NCBI GenBank assembly: GCA_019454415.1
Contig: JACFOI010000004.1
Location: 11,356 to 75,355 of the forward strand
Length of the DNA stretch: 64,000 nucleotides
Direction: 5' to 3'
Origin: Patescibacteria group bacterium
Lineage (GTDB): Bacteria > Patescibacteriota > Microgenomatia > UBA1400 > PJMF01
Below the pieces are notes generated by a model. The model was not told the origin of the DNA. It saw nothing but the letters and a program-made list of their open reading frames with translations, and searched no databases. The position numbers and the translations under genes were made by a program. Below are positions 47,424 to 55,632 of this stretch, piece by piece; within the stretch, counting starts at the first letter, position 1, and each line of letters opens with the position of its first letter.

Positions 47424-48059
47424 ATGACAATCGCTGAGATTTATCAGGCCTATCAGATCATGCCCAACTTGCAGCAGCATATGTTCCGGGTGACGGGGGT
47501 GGCAGAACAGGTTTGCCAGCATCTTCAAGCCCACGTAGAGCGTGAAAACATCCTGCGGGCCTGCCTTTTGCATGACATGGGAAATATCATTAAGTTTGAC
47601 CTCCAGTATTTTCCCGAGTTTCTGGAGCCTGAGGGTCTAGAGTATTGGCAACAGGTAAAAGACGAGTTCATCCAAAAGTATGGCAAGAACCCCCATCATG
47701 CCACGATCGCTATTGTGACAGAGCTGGGAGTCTCGGACCGCATCAAAGAGCTGATTGACGCAGTAGGTTTCAACCTGGCCAAGAAAAACTTTGAGTCCGA
47801 CGACTTTTCACGCAAAGTCTGCGCCTACGCGGATATGAGAGTTGCGCCGCATGGAGTCGTTTCTCTTTCAGAGCGGCTCGAAGATGGCCGTAAACGCTAT
47901 GAGGCCAAGGGTGACCACAATACTTTTTCTTATGTGATGGGTGCTTTCCTGAAGAAAATTGAGAAACAACTATTTGAAAAAATGGACATTGGGCCCGAAG
48001 ACGTTACTGAAAAAAGCGTTACTCCGTTGACTGAAAAGTATCCTGCCCTTGACTTGTAG
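47424..48059 (+). CDS. HD-domain phosphohydrolase
   Basis: The H...LLHDMGN motif is present. Confidence 0.7.
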   Translation: MTIAEIYQAYQIMPNLQQHMFRVTGVAEQVCQHLQAHVERENILRACLLHDMGNIIKFDLQYFPEFLEPEGLEYWQQVKDEFIQKYGKNPHHATIAIVTELGVSDRIKELIDAVGFNLAKKNFESDDFSRKVCAYADMRVAPHGVVSLSERLEDGRKRYEAKGDHNTFSYVMGAFLKKIEKQLFEKMDIGPEDVTEKSVTPLTEKYPALDL

Positions 48060-48079
48060 TTTCCTGAAAAATAGAAATG

Positions 48080-48153
48080 AGCGAGAAACGGGACTCGAAC
48101 CCGCGACCTTCTCCTTGGCAAGGAGACGCTCTAGCCAACTGAGCTATTCTCGC
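48080..48153 (-). tRNA. tRNA-Gly (anticodon GCC)
   Basis: The minus-strand sequence is GCGAGAATAGCTCAGTTGGCTAGAGCGTCTCCTTGCCAAGGAGAAGGTCGCGGGTTCGAGTCCCGTTTCTCGCT. Confidence 0.85.
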
Positions 48154-48445
48154 GTGTGACGACTGTTCGCTCGGAGCGTTCAGTCAAGCTTTTAACGATC
48201 TGTATTGTACACGATTATCGCTTCCGTGAACTGGACAGATCCTCTATACTTCGCTTGTATGCCAAACAACCTTTCCTACGATGCCCGCCAGGTTAGCGCT
48301 CAGAATACGCAGAAGCTTGTTCAGCGCATTACGATTACTACCTACGAGCTCATCAAAGCCTTGGTTGACTTCATTGGCCACATGGTCAAGGTATTTCTCG
48401 CGAAGTAAGCTGTTAAGCTGCTGGTGTCTGTGGACACCTTGTGAA

Positions 48446-48521
48446 TGGTGCCAAGCTCAGGAATCGAACCTGAATCTCGTGTTTTTCAGACACGCGCCGT
48501 GACCGACTTGGCTAGCTTGGC
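48446..48521 (-). tRNA. tRNA-Phe (anticodon GAA), with an encoded 3' CCA
   Basis: The minus-strand sequence is GCCAAGCTAGCCAAGTCGGTCACGGCGCGTGTCTGAAAAACACGAGATTCAGGTTCGATTCCTGAGCTTGGCACCA. Confidence 0.8.
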
Positions 48522-48550
48522 ATGAAGGCAGATTACCTCAAGAGCAACGA

Positions 48551-49690
48551 TTATACCGTATTCCCCCACTGGTTGCATGCCTCAATGACTCGTTCTACCT
48601 CGTCATCCTTCAGATAAGGATGAACGGGAATCGAGACTTCATGGTTGACGATATAGCGAGCGTTTTTGAGTTCGTCCAGCGCCGTATATGGTGAGCTTTT
48701 CATTGCTTCTTGATCCGGAATAGCAATGGGATAGTGAATTCCTGACTCAATATCCTTACCCTTGAGGTACTCTTGAAACTCTGCTTGATTCCCTTGTACG
48801 AATACCGGGAACAAGTGGTACGTTGCATCTGCTCCTGCGGGAGCTTGAGGAATGGTTAACTTAGAATTAGTAATCTCCGCACGATATCGGGCAGCAATCT
48901 CTTGTCGGCGGTGGATGCTCTCTGCCAAGCTTGGTAAGAAACAGGCAGTCATCAAGCCGGCCTGCAGCTCATCCAGTCGGCTGTTCATACCGATCTCGCG
49001 ATGGTGATACTTGCTGCTTTGGCCGTAGTCGCGCAGGATCTTCATATGCTCAGCCAGCGCAGCATCGTTCGTCAGGACCGCGCCGCCATCACCCATACAG
49101 CCCAGGTTTTTGGTGGGATAGAAACTGGTCGCAGCTATGTCTCCGACGCTTCCAACCACTTTACCGTCAAATGAAGCCCCAATGGCTTGGGCACAGTCCT
49201 CGACAATCTTGAGTGAGTACTTTTCTTTAAGCGCAGCCAGTTTGTGTAGATCGAGCGAAAAACCAAAAAGATGGACCGGGACAAAAAACTTTAGTTCCGG
49301 GTTTTCACGGCAGGCCTGGTCAACACGGTCCAAGTCAACTAAACCGCATTCATCAACATCTACAAATACCGGTACTCCGCCGGCCCGGTAGATAGCTAAA
49401 GTGGTAGGAAAGGCACTCACCGGTGTGGTTAAGACTTGGTCGCCAGGCTTGATCCCCAGCACGCGTAGGCCGAGTTCAATTGCATCCAGCCCACTAGCAC
49501 AGCCGACGGCATGTTTAAGGTCCCAGAACTTGGCCAGTTCAGTCTCAAACTGGGCGACCTCTTGGCCGAGGATCAGCCAGCCACTGGCCCCAACCCGATC
49601 AACGACAGCTAATGCATCTTCGCGGATGCGCTGCCACTGTGCTTTAAAGTCATTCATCAGGACAGGCGGTTGAGATGAGGTGGTGTTCAT
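48551..49690 (-). CDS. DegT/DnrJ/EryC1/StrS family PLP-dependent sugar aminotransferase
   Basis: 379 aa with the typical DegT fold motifs, including a conserved Lys-region. It is flanked on both sides by tRNA genes. Confidence 0.8.
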   Translation of the reverse strand: MNTTSSQPPVLMNDFKAQWQRIREDALAVVDRVGASGWLILGQEVAQFETELAKFWDLKHAVGCASGLDAIELGLRVLGIKPGDQVLTTPVSAFPTTLAIYRAGGVPVFVDVDECGLVDLDRVDQACRENPELKFFVPVHLFGFSLDLHKLAALKEKYSLKIVEDCAQAIGASFDGKVVGSVGDIAATSFYPTKNLGCMGDGGAVLTNDAALAEHMKILRDYGQSSKYHHREIGMNSRLDELQAGLMTACFLPSLAESIHRRQEIAARYRAEITNSKLTIPQAPAGADATYHLFPVFVQGNQAEFQEYLKGKDIESGIHYPIAIPDQEAMKSSPYTALDELKNARYIVNHEVSIPVHPYLKDDEVERVIEACNQWGNTV

Positions 49691-49702
49691 AAAGTGTGGA
49701 TG

Positions 49703-49776
49703 TGGCCGCTGAGGGCCTCGAACCCCCGACCTTTCGGATGTAAACCGAACGCTCTAACCAACTGAGCTAAGCGGCC
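49703..49776 (-). tRNA. tRNA-Val (anticodon TAC)
   Basis: The minus-strand sequence is GGCCGCTTAGCTCAGTTGGTTAGAGCGTTCGGTTTACATCCGAAAGGTCGGGGGTTCGAGGCCCTCAGCGGCCA. Confidence 0.85.
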
Positions 49777-49781
49777 GAGTG

Positions 49782-49862
49782 TGCCGAGGAGAGGACTTGA
49801 ACCTCCATGGGTTACCCCACACGCACCTCAAGCGTGCGCGTCTACCATTTCGCCACCTCGGC
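49782..49862 (-). tRNA. tRNA-Leu (anticodon GAG), class II
   Basis: The minus-strand sequence is GCCGAGGTGGCGAAATGGTAGACGCGCACGCTTGAGGTGCGTGTGGGGTAACCCATGGAGGTTCAAGTCCTCTCCTCGGCA. Confidence 0.85.
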
Positions 49863-49964
49863 ATGTTCGCTACGTATATAGCCTGAAGATTATAAAGCAA
49901 GAGGCCTGTTTTCGGAAGATTGCGTATTCCGCTGCTTTGCTCCCGTAATTGTTCTACAAATATG

Positions 49965-50045
49965 TGCCGAAGAGAGGATTTGAACCTCCATGGGTTGCCC
50001 CACACGCTCCTGAAGCGTGCGCGTCTACCATTTCGCCACTTCGGC
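49965..50045 (-). tRNA. tRNA-Leu (anticodon CAG), a near-identical paralog of the adjacent Leu-GAG gene
   Basis: The minus-strand sequence is GCCGAAGTGGCGAAATGGTAGACGCGCACGCTTCAGGAGCGTGTGGGGCAACCCATGGAGGTTCAAATCCTCTCTTCGGCA. Confidence 0.85.
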
Positions 50046-50170
50046 AAGATACGGCAGTATATTATAAGCAATTTCTCAAGGATGAATAGGTCTGGCTTTG
50101 CGCAGGCTGCTAAAAAGAGGAAGTTTTGTTAAAATACCAGTCTGGCAGACTTCTGGAGTTCGCTAGTCTC

Positions 50171-50241
50171 TGCCCGATCGTCTAAAGGTAGGACAACAGC
50201 CTTTGGAGCTGTGTATTCAGGTTCGAATCCTGATCGGGCAT
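50171..50241 (+). tRNA. tRNA-Gln (anticodon TTG)
   Basis: TGCCCGATCGTCTAAAGGTAGGACAACAGCCTTTGGAGCTGTGTATTCAGGTTCGAATCCTGATCGGGCAT has acceptor TGCCCGA/TCGGGCA and T-arm TCAGG-TTCGAAT-CCTGA. Confidence 0.75.
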
Positions 50242-50248
50242 CAAAATA

Positions 50249-50839
50249 TTAGGCAGCAATACTTTGCTGCAGTTTTTCTAGAACTGTCTCAGTATTTTTC
50301 AAGTGGCTCAAAAAAAGCTTTTTTGAGTACTCAAAGTGCATCATGTCATGAACGACCTTGATTCTCGAAACCCAGATATCGTGAGTAGTTTGGAGGTGAT
50401 TCGGTTGATATCTGGTAGGATGACTCAGAAAGTCATCGACCAGTTTTCCAATTCGTGCATCATTGACATACTCGATTTTATCGGCGTCAAAAAGAATTTT
50501 TCCCTCCAGTGTGGTTTGGGATTGGCTGAAGGAATGCTGTTCAATGGTGAGACAACACTGTTCAACGAATCCAGGATCAATGTTGAGTTCTTTGCCAGCT
50601 TTTCTTAAAAAATTAAGAGTGTTATCAGAACTCTTTGCGGTTTGGTAACTTTTTTCAACGTCGTGCCACCATGCAGAGGTCAATACTACTTCACGATTGG
50701 GTGTTAGCTTTTCCTGTTCAATAATCTCAATACAGTTACTGACAACCAATTGATGGTGCTCCAGATCATGAACAATGTCGAAGGGTTGCTTCTGAAGATA
50801 GTCTTTTGCGTACTCAATTAGGGTGGTGCTGTCGGACAT
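50249..50839 (-). CDS. HD-domain phosphohydrolase
   Basis: The HD motifs DLEHHQLVV...SAWWHDVEKS are present. Confidence 0.65.
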   Translation of the reverse strand: MSDSTTLIEYAKDYLQKQPFDIVHDLEHHQLVVSNCIEIIEQEKLTPNREVVLTSAWWHDVEKSYQTAKSSDNTLNFLRKAGKELNIDPGFVEQCCLTIEQHSFSQSQTTLEGKILFDADKIEYVNDARIGKLVDDFLSHPTRYQPNHLQTTHDIWVSRIKVVHDMMHFEYSKKLFLSHLKNTETVLEKLQQSIAA

Positions 50840-51044
50840 GGATGGATTTTAACACGCAGTATGTAACTCTTACTGTCGTTTAGCATTGATCTTATTCTTT
50901 CTTTACCCCTCTCAATTATGCTCTAGGCATATATCCACAGAAAGGAGTTCCGGATGTCACACTTCATGGCCAATGACGACAAGTCGGGCGAAGGGAGTTC
51001 GGGGACCACTCCGGGTGGTTTGCCCATCTCGCAGCCCTCAGGCA

Positions 51045-51452
51045 TTAGTTAGCATCAGTCTGGGTGCAGTTGGCAAACGTTGTTTTGCCATTCTCTTCCA
51101 GAAAAGCCGTGTTTCCTTTATTCCAAAAGGTCACTGACTCATCGGTATTGGTATAGCGAGCTCCATCCGCCGAGAGACCTTGAAGAAGAAGGAAACTGCG
51201 GCTGTCGCTCAAACTCAGCTCTGCTCTATCGGTCAAAAAGACAGCATTGATAGTCTTATTCTGGTCACACGTGAACTCTGCACTGACCATTTGAGGAGCT
51301 GCAGGAGTCGCTTCCGGCACGGAAAGTGAGGTTATCTTTTTCACCAGACTGAAATAACCGACTGTCAGGAAAAACACTCCTAAAACAGAGAGGCCGACAA
51401 AGAATGTCAGAGTGGTACTAGTACGTTCGGAGGCGGAGGCTGTTTTGGGCAT
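51045..51452 (-). CDS. MliC-family protein (membrane-bound lysozyme inhibitor of C-type lysozyme-like), membrane anchored
   Basis: An N-terminal TM/signal anchor is followed by a Cys pair and ...TCDQNKTINAVF...LSADGARY...FWNKGNTAFL...C, which matches the MliC SGARY / W.KG.EA.L pattern. Confidence 0.5.
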   Translation of the reverse strand: MPKTASASERTSTTLTFFVGLSVLGVFFLTVGYFSLVKKITSLSVPEATPAAPQMVSAEFTCDQNKTINAVFLTDRAELSLSDSRSFLLLQGLSADGARYTNTDESVTFWNKGNTAFLEENGKTTFANCTQTDAN

Positions 51453-51532
51453 AGCTTAATTAAGTCCTAGAAAGGGCGTTGTGTCAACGTCGAATGAACT
51501 TCACCCAAACGTCATTAGTCGAGCAGACTCAC

Positions 51533-51955
51533 CTAGAACATTGCAATCACCAGACCCATGACCAGGAGAGCTGTTAATTGATAGCCGGTGTTGATGGCAA
51601 ACAGCGACCAGTTTTTCTTGCCAAACAGCTCACTGGTGAACTGGACTGGCGCCACAAACCCCAACCACATCCAGAAGCCAGTCAAGAGTGCCGTCGTGGT
51701 GGCCGAGTACCCATAGAAATTCGAGGAGAAAGCCATCACATGGAAGAGAACATAAGCAGCCACGATGGCTAGCACGAAGCTGATTGCATACGTCTTCCCC
51801 ATCTCTTTCGACTGCTCTTTCATATTTTTGGTCGTATAGCCCATCAGCTTCATCCAGGGTTTAGCGAACAACAGCGGTGAGTACCACAGGAAGCCCACGA
51901 CCAGGTTGGCAATAGCTGCGAGTAGAACTGATAAAAAATTGACCTGTATATCCAT
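51533..51955 (-). CDS. DUF1761-like small membrane protein
   Basis: It has four TM helices. The N-terminus reads VVGFLWYSPLLFAKPW. Confidence 0.45.
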   Translation of the reverse strand: MDIQVNFLSVLLAAIANLVVGFLWYSPLLFAKPWMKLMGYTTKNMKEQSKEMGKTYAISFVLAIVAAYVLFHVMAFSSNFYGYSATTTALLTGFWMWLGFVAPVQFTSELFGKKNWSLFAINTGYQLTALLVMGLVIAMF

Positions 51956-52039
51956 ACTTCCCCCTTTTACTTTATGTTCATGGTAAAGACAGACCCTTTT
52001 CTCATCAATATGTAATCTTGCTGTTGGTATACTTGCTGT

Positions 52040-52696
52040 ATGTCTTCACTTCCTCAGGCTGTCATTTTTGATATGAACGGCGTCATTGTTGACGACGAGC
52101 GGATTCACCAAAAGTCCTGGCGCAAGTTTTGTCATGATCATGGATTTCGACTGACTGAAGATGAGTTTAAACAGAAAGTATTTGGCCGGATCGAGAAAGA
52201 AACTTTTGAGTACCTCTTCAAGCGTCAGTTGACTGAAGAAGAGGTCCAACAGTACTCGGATGAACGTGTCGATGTCGCTATCGAGTTGATCAAGCCGATA
52301 CTCGAAGTGGTAGCTGGGGTGCTGGGTGTCTTACGATTTTTGAAGGAGCATCACATTCAGATCGCGCTAGCCACCAGCTCCCGGCGCCGATACCAACGAT
52401 TTATCTTTGACTCTCTCAGGCTTGATGACTTTTTTGATGCAATAGTGACAGCTCAGGATATCTCTAAAGGCAAGCCTGATCCAGAAATCTACCTACTCGC
52501 AGCAAAGCAGCTGAGTGTTGAGCCAAAAGAGTGTGTGGCCATTGAGGACTCCGTCTCCGGAATTCGCTCAGCCCAGAAGGCTGGCATGAAAGTGATTGGG
52601 ATCGCAACCACGCACACCCCTGAAGAAATCCAACAAGCCGACAAAGTAGTCCTCGATTTCACCAGCCAGTCATTCGAGCAGCTGTTTTCCTTTTGA
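52040..52696 (+). CDS. HAD-IA hydrolase (beta-phosphoglucomutase-like phosphatase)
   Basis: VIFDMNGVIVDDE (motif I), a ...ATSS... region (motif II) and IEDSVSGIRSAQKAGM (motif IV) are present. Confidence 0.75.
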   Translation: MSSLPQAVIFDMNGVIVDDERIHQKSWRKFCHDHGFRLTEDEFKQKVFGRIEKETFEYLFKRQLTEEEVQQYSDERVDVAIELIKPILEVVAGVLGVLRFLKEHHIQIALATSSRRRYQRFIFDSLRLDDFFDAIVTAQDISKGKPDPEIYLLAAKQLSVEPKECVAIEDSVSGIRSAQKAGMKVIGIATTHTPEEIQQADKVVLDFTSQSFEQLFSF

Positions 52697-52702
52697 ATGT
52701 CT

Positions 52703-53284
52703 TTAGGTGTGCAAGTACTGGCGGAGAAACTCCAGGACTTTAGTCTGGTGGCTGTAGAGCAAGTAACCCGTCAGAACCAGTAAGCCGGGAAAAATAATCC
52801 AGTTCTCAACAAACTTGCCACTTTCGCAACGGAGAAACTTAAACGGTGGAAAGCCAAACTTCCACTTGAGCGGCCAAAAGAGCGGTGCGCCTTCTTTGGT
52901 CAGCATATCCATCAAAATATGAGAAACCACGCCGATCATGAAACAAGCCCAGACGATCTGCATGTCGATCAGGACAATCGCTGATAGCAGCTGTAGGAAC
53001 AGGCGTGAGACGGCTCCGATCAATACCAACCCAAAAAGTGAGTGTGAGATGTGACGGTGTCCACCCAACGCCGGACAGATAATCTTGGCTACAAACGGAC
53101 CTAGCCGGAAGTTGTCCCACAGGTCACTCGTCGGCTGATCAATATCCGGAAAAAGTCCGCCAATGAAGTTGGCCCCAAAAGCACTGACCGCGGTGGCAAA
53201 GCTCATCGTGGGAATGTTCGGTAGATAGATGAAAGCAATCACCAGGGCGGTGAAGGCTGCCAGGTCGTGGGTGCGGCCGGTCAT
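52703..53284 (-). CDS. ydjM: Membrane-bound metal-dependent hydrolase, YdjM/DUF457 family
   Basis: FPDIDQPTS, GHRHISHSL and SHILMDMLTKEGAPLFWPLKWKF align closely with E. coli YdjM (LPDIDHPKS, GHRGFTHSL, SHILADMLTPAGVPLLWPCRWRF). The start is set at the internal MTGRTHDL. Confidence 0.8.
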   Translation of the reverse strand: MTGRTHDLAAFTALVIAFIYLPNIPTMSFATAVSAFGANFIGGLFPDIDQPTSDLWDNFRLGPFVAKIICPALGGHRHISHSLFGLVLIGAVSRLFLQLLSAIVLIDMQIVWACFMIGVVSHILMDMLTKEGAPLFWPLKWKFGFPPFKFLRCESGKFVENWIIFPGLLVLTGYLLYSHQTKVLEFLRQYLHT

Positions 53285-53300
53285 TGCTTGAGCGTAGCAG

Positions 53301-53324
53301 AGCATTGTCAGGTTGATCAATGCT
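53301..53324. promoter_or_regulatory. Inverted repeat AGCATTG-N10-CAATGCT in the ydjM/Nudix divergent promoter region. Candidate operator.
   Basis: gcagAGCATTGtcaggttgatCAATGCTtgc is visible between the divergent start codons at 53284 and 53346. Confidence 0.3.
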
Positions 53325-53345
53325 TGCTAGGCTGGCAGCAGGATT

Positions 53346-53798
53346 ATGAAAAAAGTACGAGCGACGCTGGGATTTGTCTTTTCTCAAGATTTCGAGCAGG
53401 TTCTGTTAGTCCGTAAACGGCATCCTGAGTGGCAGGCTGGCAGAATCAATGGGTTAGGTGGGAAGTGTCTGGCCAAGGAGTCCGGACCTGAGTGTATTGC
53501 TCGGGAAGTGAAAGAAGAATCAGGGCTGAGGATTGCTCCGCCCGACTGGCGAATGGTGACGGAGATTGTCTGGGAGCTGTGGCGGGTGGAAGTTTTTTCT
53601 GCAGTCTACTTGGGAGAGTTGAAGGATGCCCAGACACTCACAGACGAGGAAGTGGAGTGGTTTGTAGTCAAAGAACTACCCACACAAGTGATGTCCAACT
53701 TGAGATGGTTAATTCCTCTCGCCCTTGATCAACGCACTAACCCTACTCCACCCACGCTCAAACAGGTTTGGTATCCCTCAAAAAATGATGATCTTTAA
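53346..53798 (+). CDS. NUDIX hydrolase
   Basis: The Nudix box reads GLGGKCLAKESGPECIAREVKEESGL. Confidence 0.75.
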   Translation: MKKVRATLGFVFSQDFEQVLLVRKRHPEWQAGRINGLGGKCLAKESGPECIAREVKEESGLRIAPPDWRMVTEIVWELWRVEVFSAVYLGELKDAQTLTDEEVEWFVVKELPTQVMSNLRWLIPLALDQRTNPTPPTLKQVWYPSKNDDL

Positions 53799-53803
53799 CG
53801 TCT

Positions 53804-54832
53804 TTAACGGCGAAACCTAGGACGCGAACGCCGCCCAGTTCGCCTAGCTGGCGGGGTGTGCAGGGCTTCCGGAGTTACTGTAGCTTCCAACTTTCTTAAC
53901 TTGGCCACAAAGAAGCCTTCCATCCTGGCCGAGGGATAGATCCGAAGTGTTTTAGCCATATCAGATGAAAAAGGTTTGCCTTGCCACTCAGCCAGCCCGG
54001 GAGTAATCAGCTCTCCTCCAGTCTCTCGTAGTCCAGGGAGCTCGATTTCTTCAAGCACCACCTTGCCATGTTCTTTGTCCAGCGCCCACTGGACCACTGC
54101 TTCATTTTCTTCGGGAGCCAAGGTGCAGGTCGAGTAGACGATCACCCCACCTGGCTTTGTCGCCGAGATGGCAGAGCGTAACAACATTCGTTGACGCATG
54201 CCCAGTTCCTTGATTTTCTTGAGTGACCAGTCTTGATAGGATTCTGGGTCAGCCAGCGAGATTCGACCTTCCATGCTGCAAGGGACATCCACCAGTGCAC
54301 GGTCAAACTGTTCCGGAAACTTTCGCCACAGCAGCTCACCCGGACCCCGCCGGACTTGGGTATTGGTCACGCCTTGCTGGTTCAGATTTGCTTGCAGCTT
54401 GAATAAGCGGATAGGACTCAAGTCGTTAGCCAAAATATGACCCTCGTTGTTCATTAAAGCTGCCATCTGCGTCGTCTTGCTGCCTGGAGCAGCTGTCACA
54501 TCCACAACATTTTCCCCTGGCTGGGGGGCAAGGATCAGCGGCGGCAGCATGCTTGAAAGACCCTGAACGTAAAACTTTCCTTCTTCATAGAAAGGGTGAA
54601 AGATCTGCTGGACACTCAGATCAGTCACGAAAAAGGCATTGGCCCACCAGGCCACTTGTTCCAGTGAATAACCAGCGGAACGGAGAGCTTCACGAACCTC
54701 TTCGGCGGTGGCCTTGAGGGTATTCACGCGAAAGCTGGTTACTCGCGGCTGGGCAAACGCGGCGAGGATTTTATCAGCATGAGTAGGATGGAGTTGACGA
54801 ATGCGCTCTTCAAAGGCAGCGGGGAGTGGCAT
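53804..54832 (-). CDS. RsmB/RsmF (NOL1/NOP2/Sun) family RNA m5C methyltransferase
   Basis: The SAM-binding region DVTAAPGSKTTQ, the catalytic IVYSTCTLAPEENE (TC motif) and DVPCS (PC motif) are present. The start is set at the internal MPLPAAFEERI to avoid a 325-nt overlap with the divergent methyltransferase. There is a basic C-terminal tail (PPARRTGRRSRPRFRR). Confidence 0.75.
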   Translation of the reverse strand: MPLPAAFEERIRQLHPTHADKILAAFAQPRVTSFRVNTLKATAEEVREALRSAGYSLEQVAWWANAFFVTDLSVQQIFHPFYEEGKFYVQGLSSMLPPLILAPQPGENVVDVTAAPGSKTTQMAALMNNEGHILANDLSPIRLFKLQANLNQQGVTNTQVRRGPGELLWRKFPEQFDRALVDVPCSMEGRISLADPESYQDWSLKKIKELGMRQRMLLRSAISATKPGGVIVYSTCTLAPEENEAVVQWALDKEHGKVVLEEIELPGLRETGGELITPGLAEWQGKPFSSDMAKTLRIYPSARMEGFFVAKLRKLEATVTPEALHTPPARRTGRRSRPRFRR

Positions 54833-54852
54833 AATACCTCTAGGAGCGTAGT

Positions 54853-55632
54853 ATGACACATCCGTCCAGACAACCCTCATCACAGAGCTCTTGGCAACCG
54901 GTGCATGGCTGGTACAACGAGTTAGTTGGTGAGAAAGGCCACTACTATCATCAGCACGTGATTCTGCCGAAAACTGTTCAGTTGCTAGCGATGAAAGAAG
55001 GCACGTCGCTTTTGGACTTGGCATGTGGCCAAGGAGTACTGGCTCGCGCGCTGCCTGCAGGTGTGGAGTACTGGGGAGTAGACGCCTCGCGTGCGCTGAT
55101 CGAGGCGGCTCAACAGCATGACGATAGCCCAGATCACCATTTTGCGGTGGCCGACCTGACTCGTTCCACGTTTCCAATTGAGAAAAAAGATTTTACGCAT
55201 GCTTCCATCATCCTGGCACTGCAGAATATCCGTACCCCGCGGCAAGTCTTCCGCCACGCTGTCGAGCACCTTGTATCAGGCGGAAAGTTTTTAGTTGTAC
55301 TGAATCATCCCTGTTTCCGTATCCCCCGCCAGTCAAGCTGGGGTGTAGATGAGTCCAAGAAAACACAGTACCGACGAATTGATCGCTACTTGTCCCCACT
55401 GGAGATCCCGATTCAAGCACATCCTGGTAAAGCCCAGCGCTCACCGATGACTTGGAGTTTTCACTTTCCACTCTCTACCTACCTGAATGAACTCTCGGAT
55501 ACAGGGTTTGTGATCACCCGCTTTGAGGAGTGGAGCTCCGATAAAACTAGTGAAGGAAAAGCTGCCAAAATGGAGAATCGGTCACGAAGCGAGTTTCCCC
55601 TCTTTGCCGCAATCTTAGCTGAAAAACGATAA
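54853..55632 (+). CDS. Class I SAM-dependent methyltransferase
   Basis: Motif I reads LLDLACGQGVLAR. Confidence 0.7.
   Translation: MTHPSRQPSSQSSWQPVHGWYNELVGEKGHYYHQHVILPKTVQLLAMKEGTSLLDLACGQGVLARALPAGVEYWGVDASRALIEAAQQHDDSPDHHFAVADLTRSTFPIEKKDFTHASIILALQNIRTPRQVFRHAVEHLVSGGKFLVVLNHPCFRIPRQSSWGVDESKKTQYRRIDRYLSPLEIPIQAHPGKAQRSPMTWSFHFPLSTYLNELSDTGFVITRFEEWSSDKTSEGKAAKMENRSRSEFPLFAAILAEKR

Noticed and set aside
48205-48408. A 67-aa plus-strand ORF between tRNA-Gly and tRNA-Phe, followed by palindrome GGTGTCtgtgGACACC
   Set aside because: It has no RBS or motif and lies in a tRNA array on the opposite strand. It is treated as a possible small protein only, and not called as a feature.
49754-50071. 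A 105-aa minus-strand ORF in the track
   Set aside because: It spans three tRNA genes (Val, Leu-GAG, Leu-CAG), so it is an artefact of tRNA sequence lacking stops.
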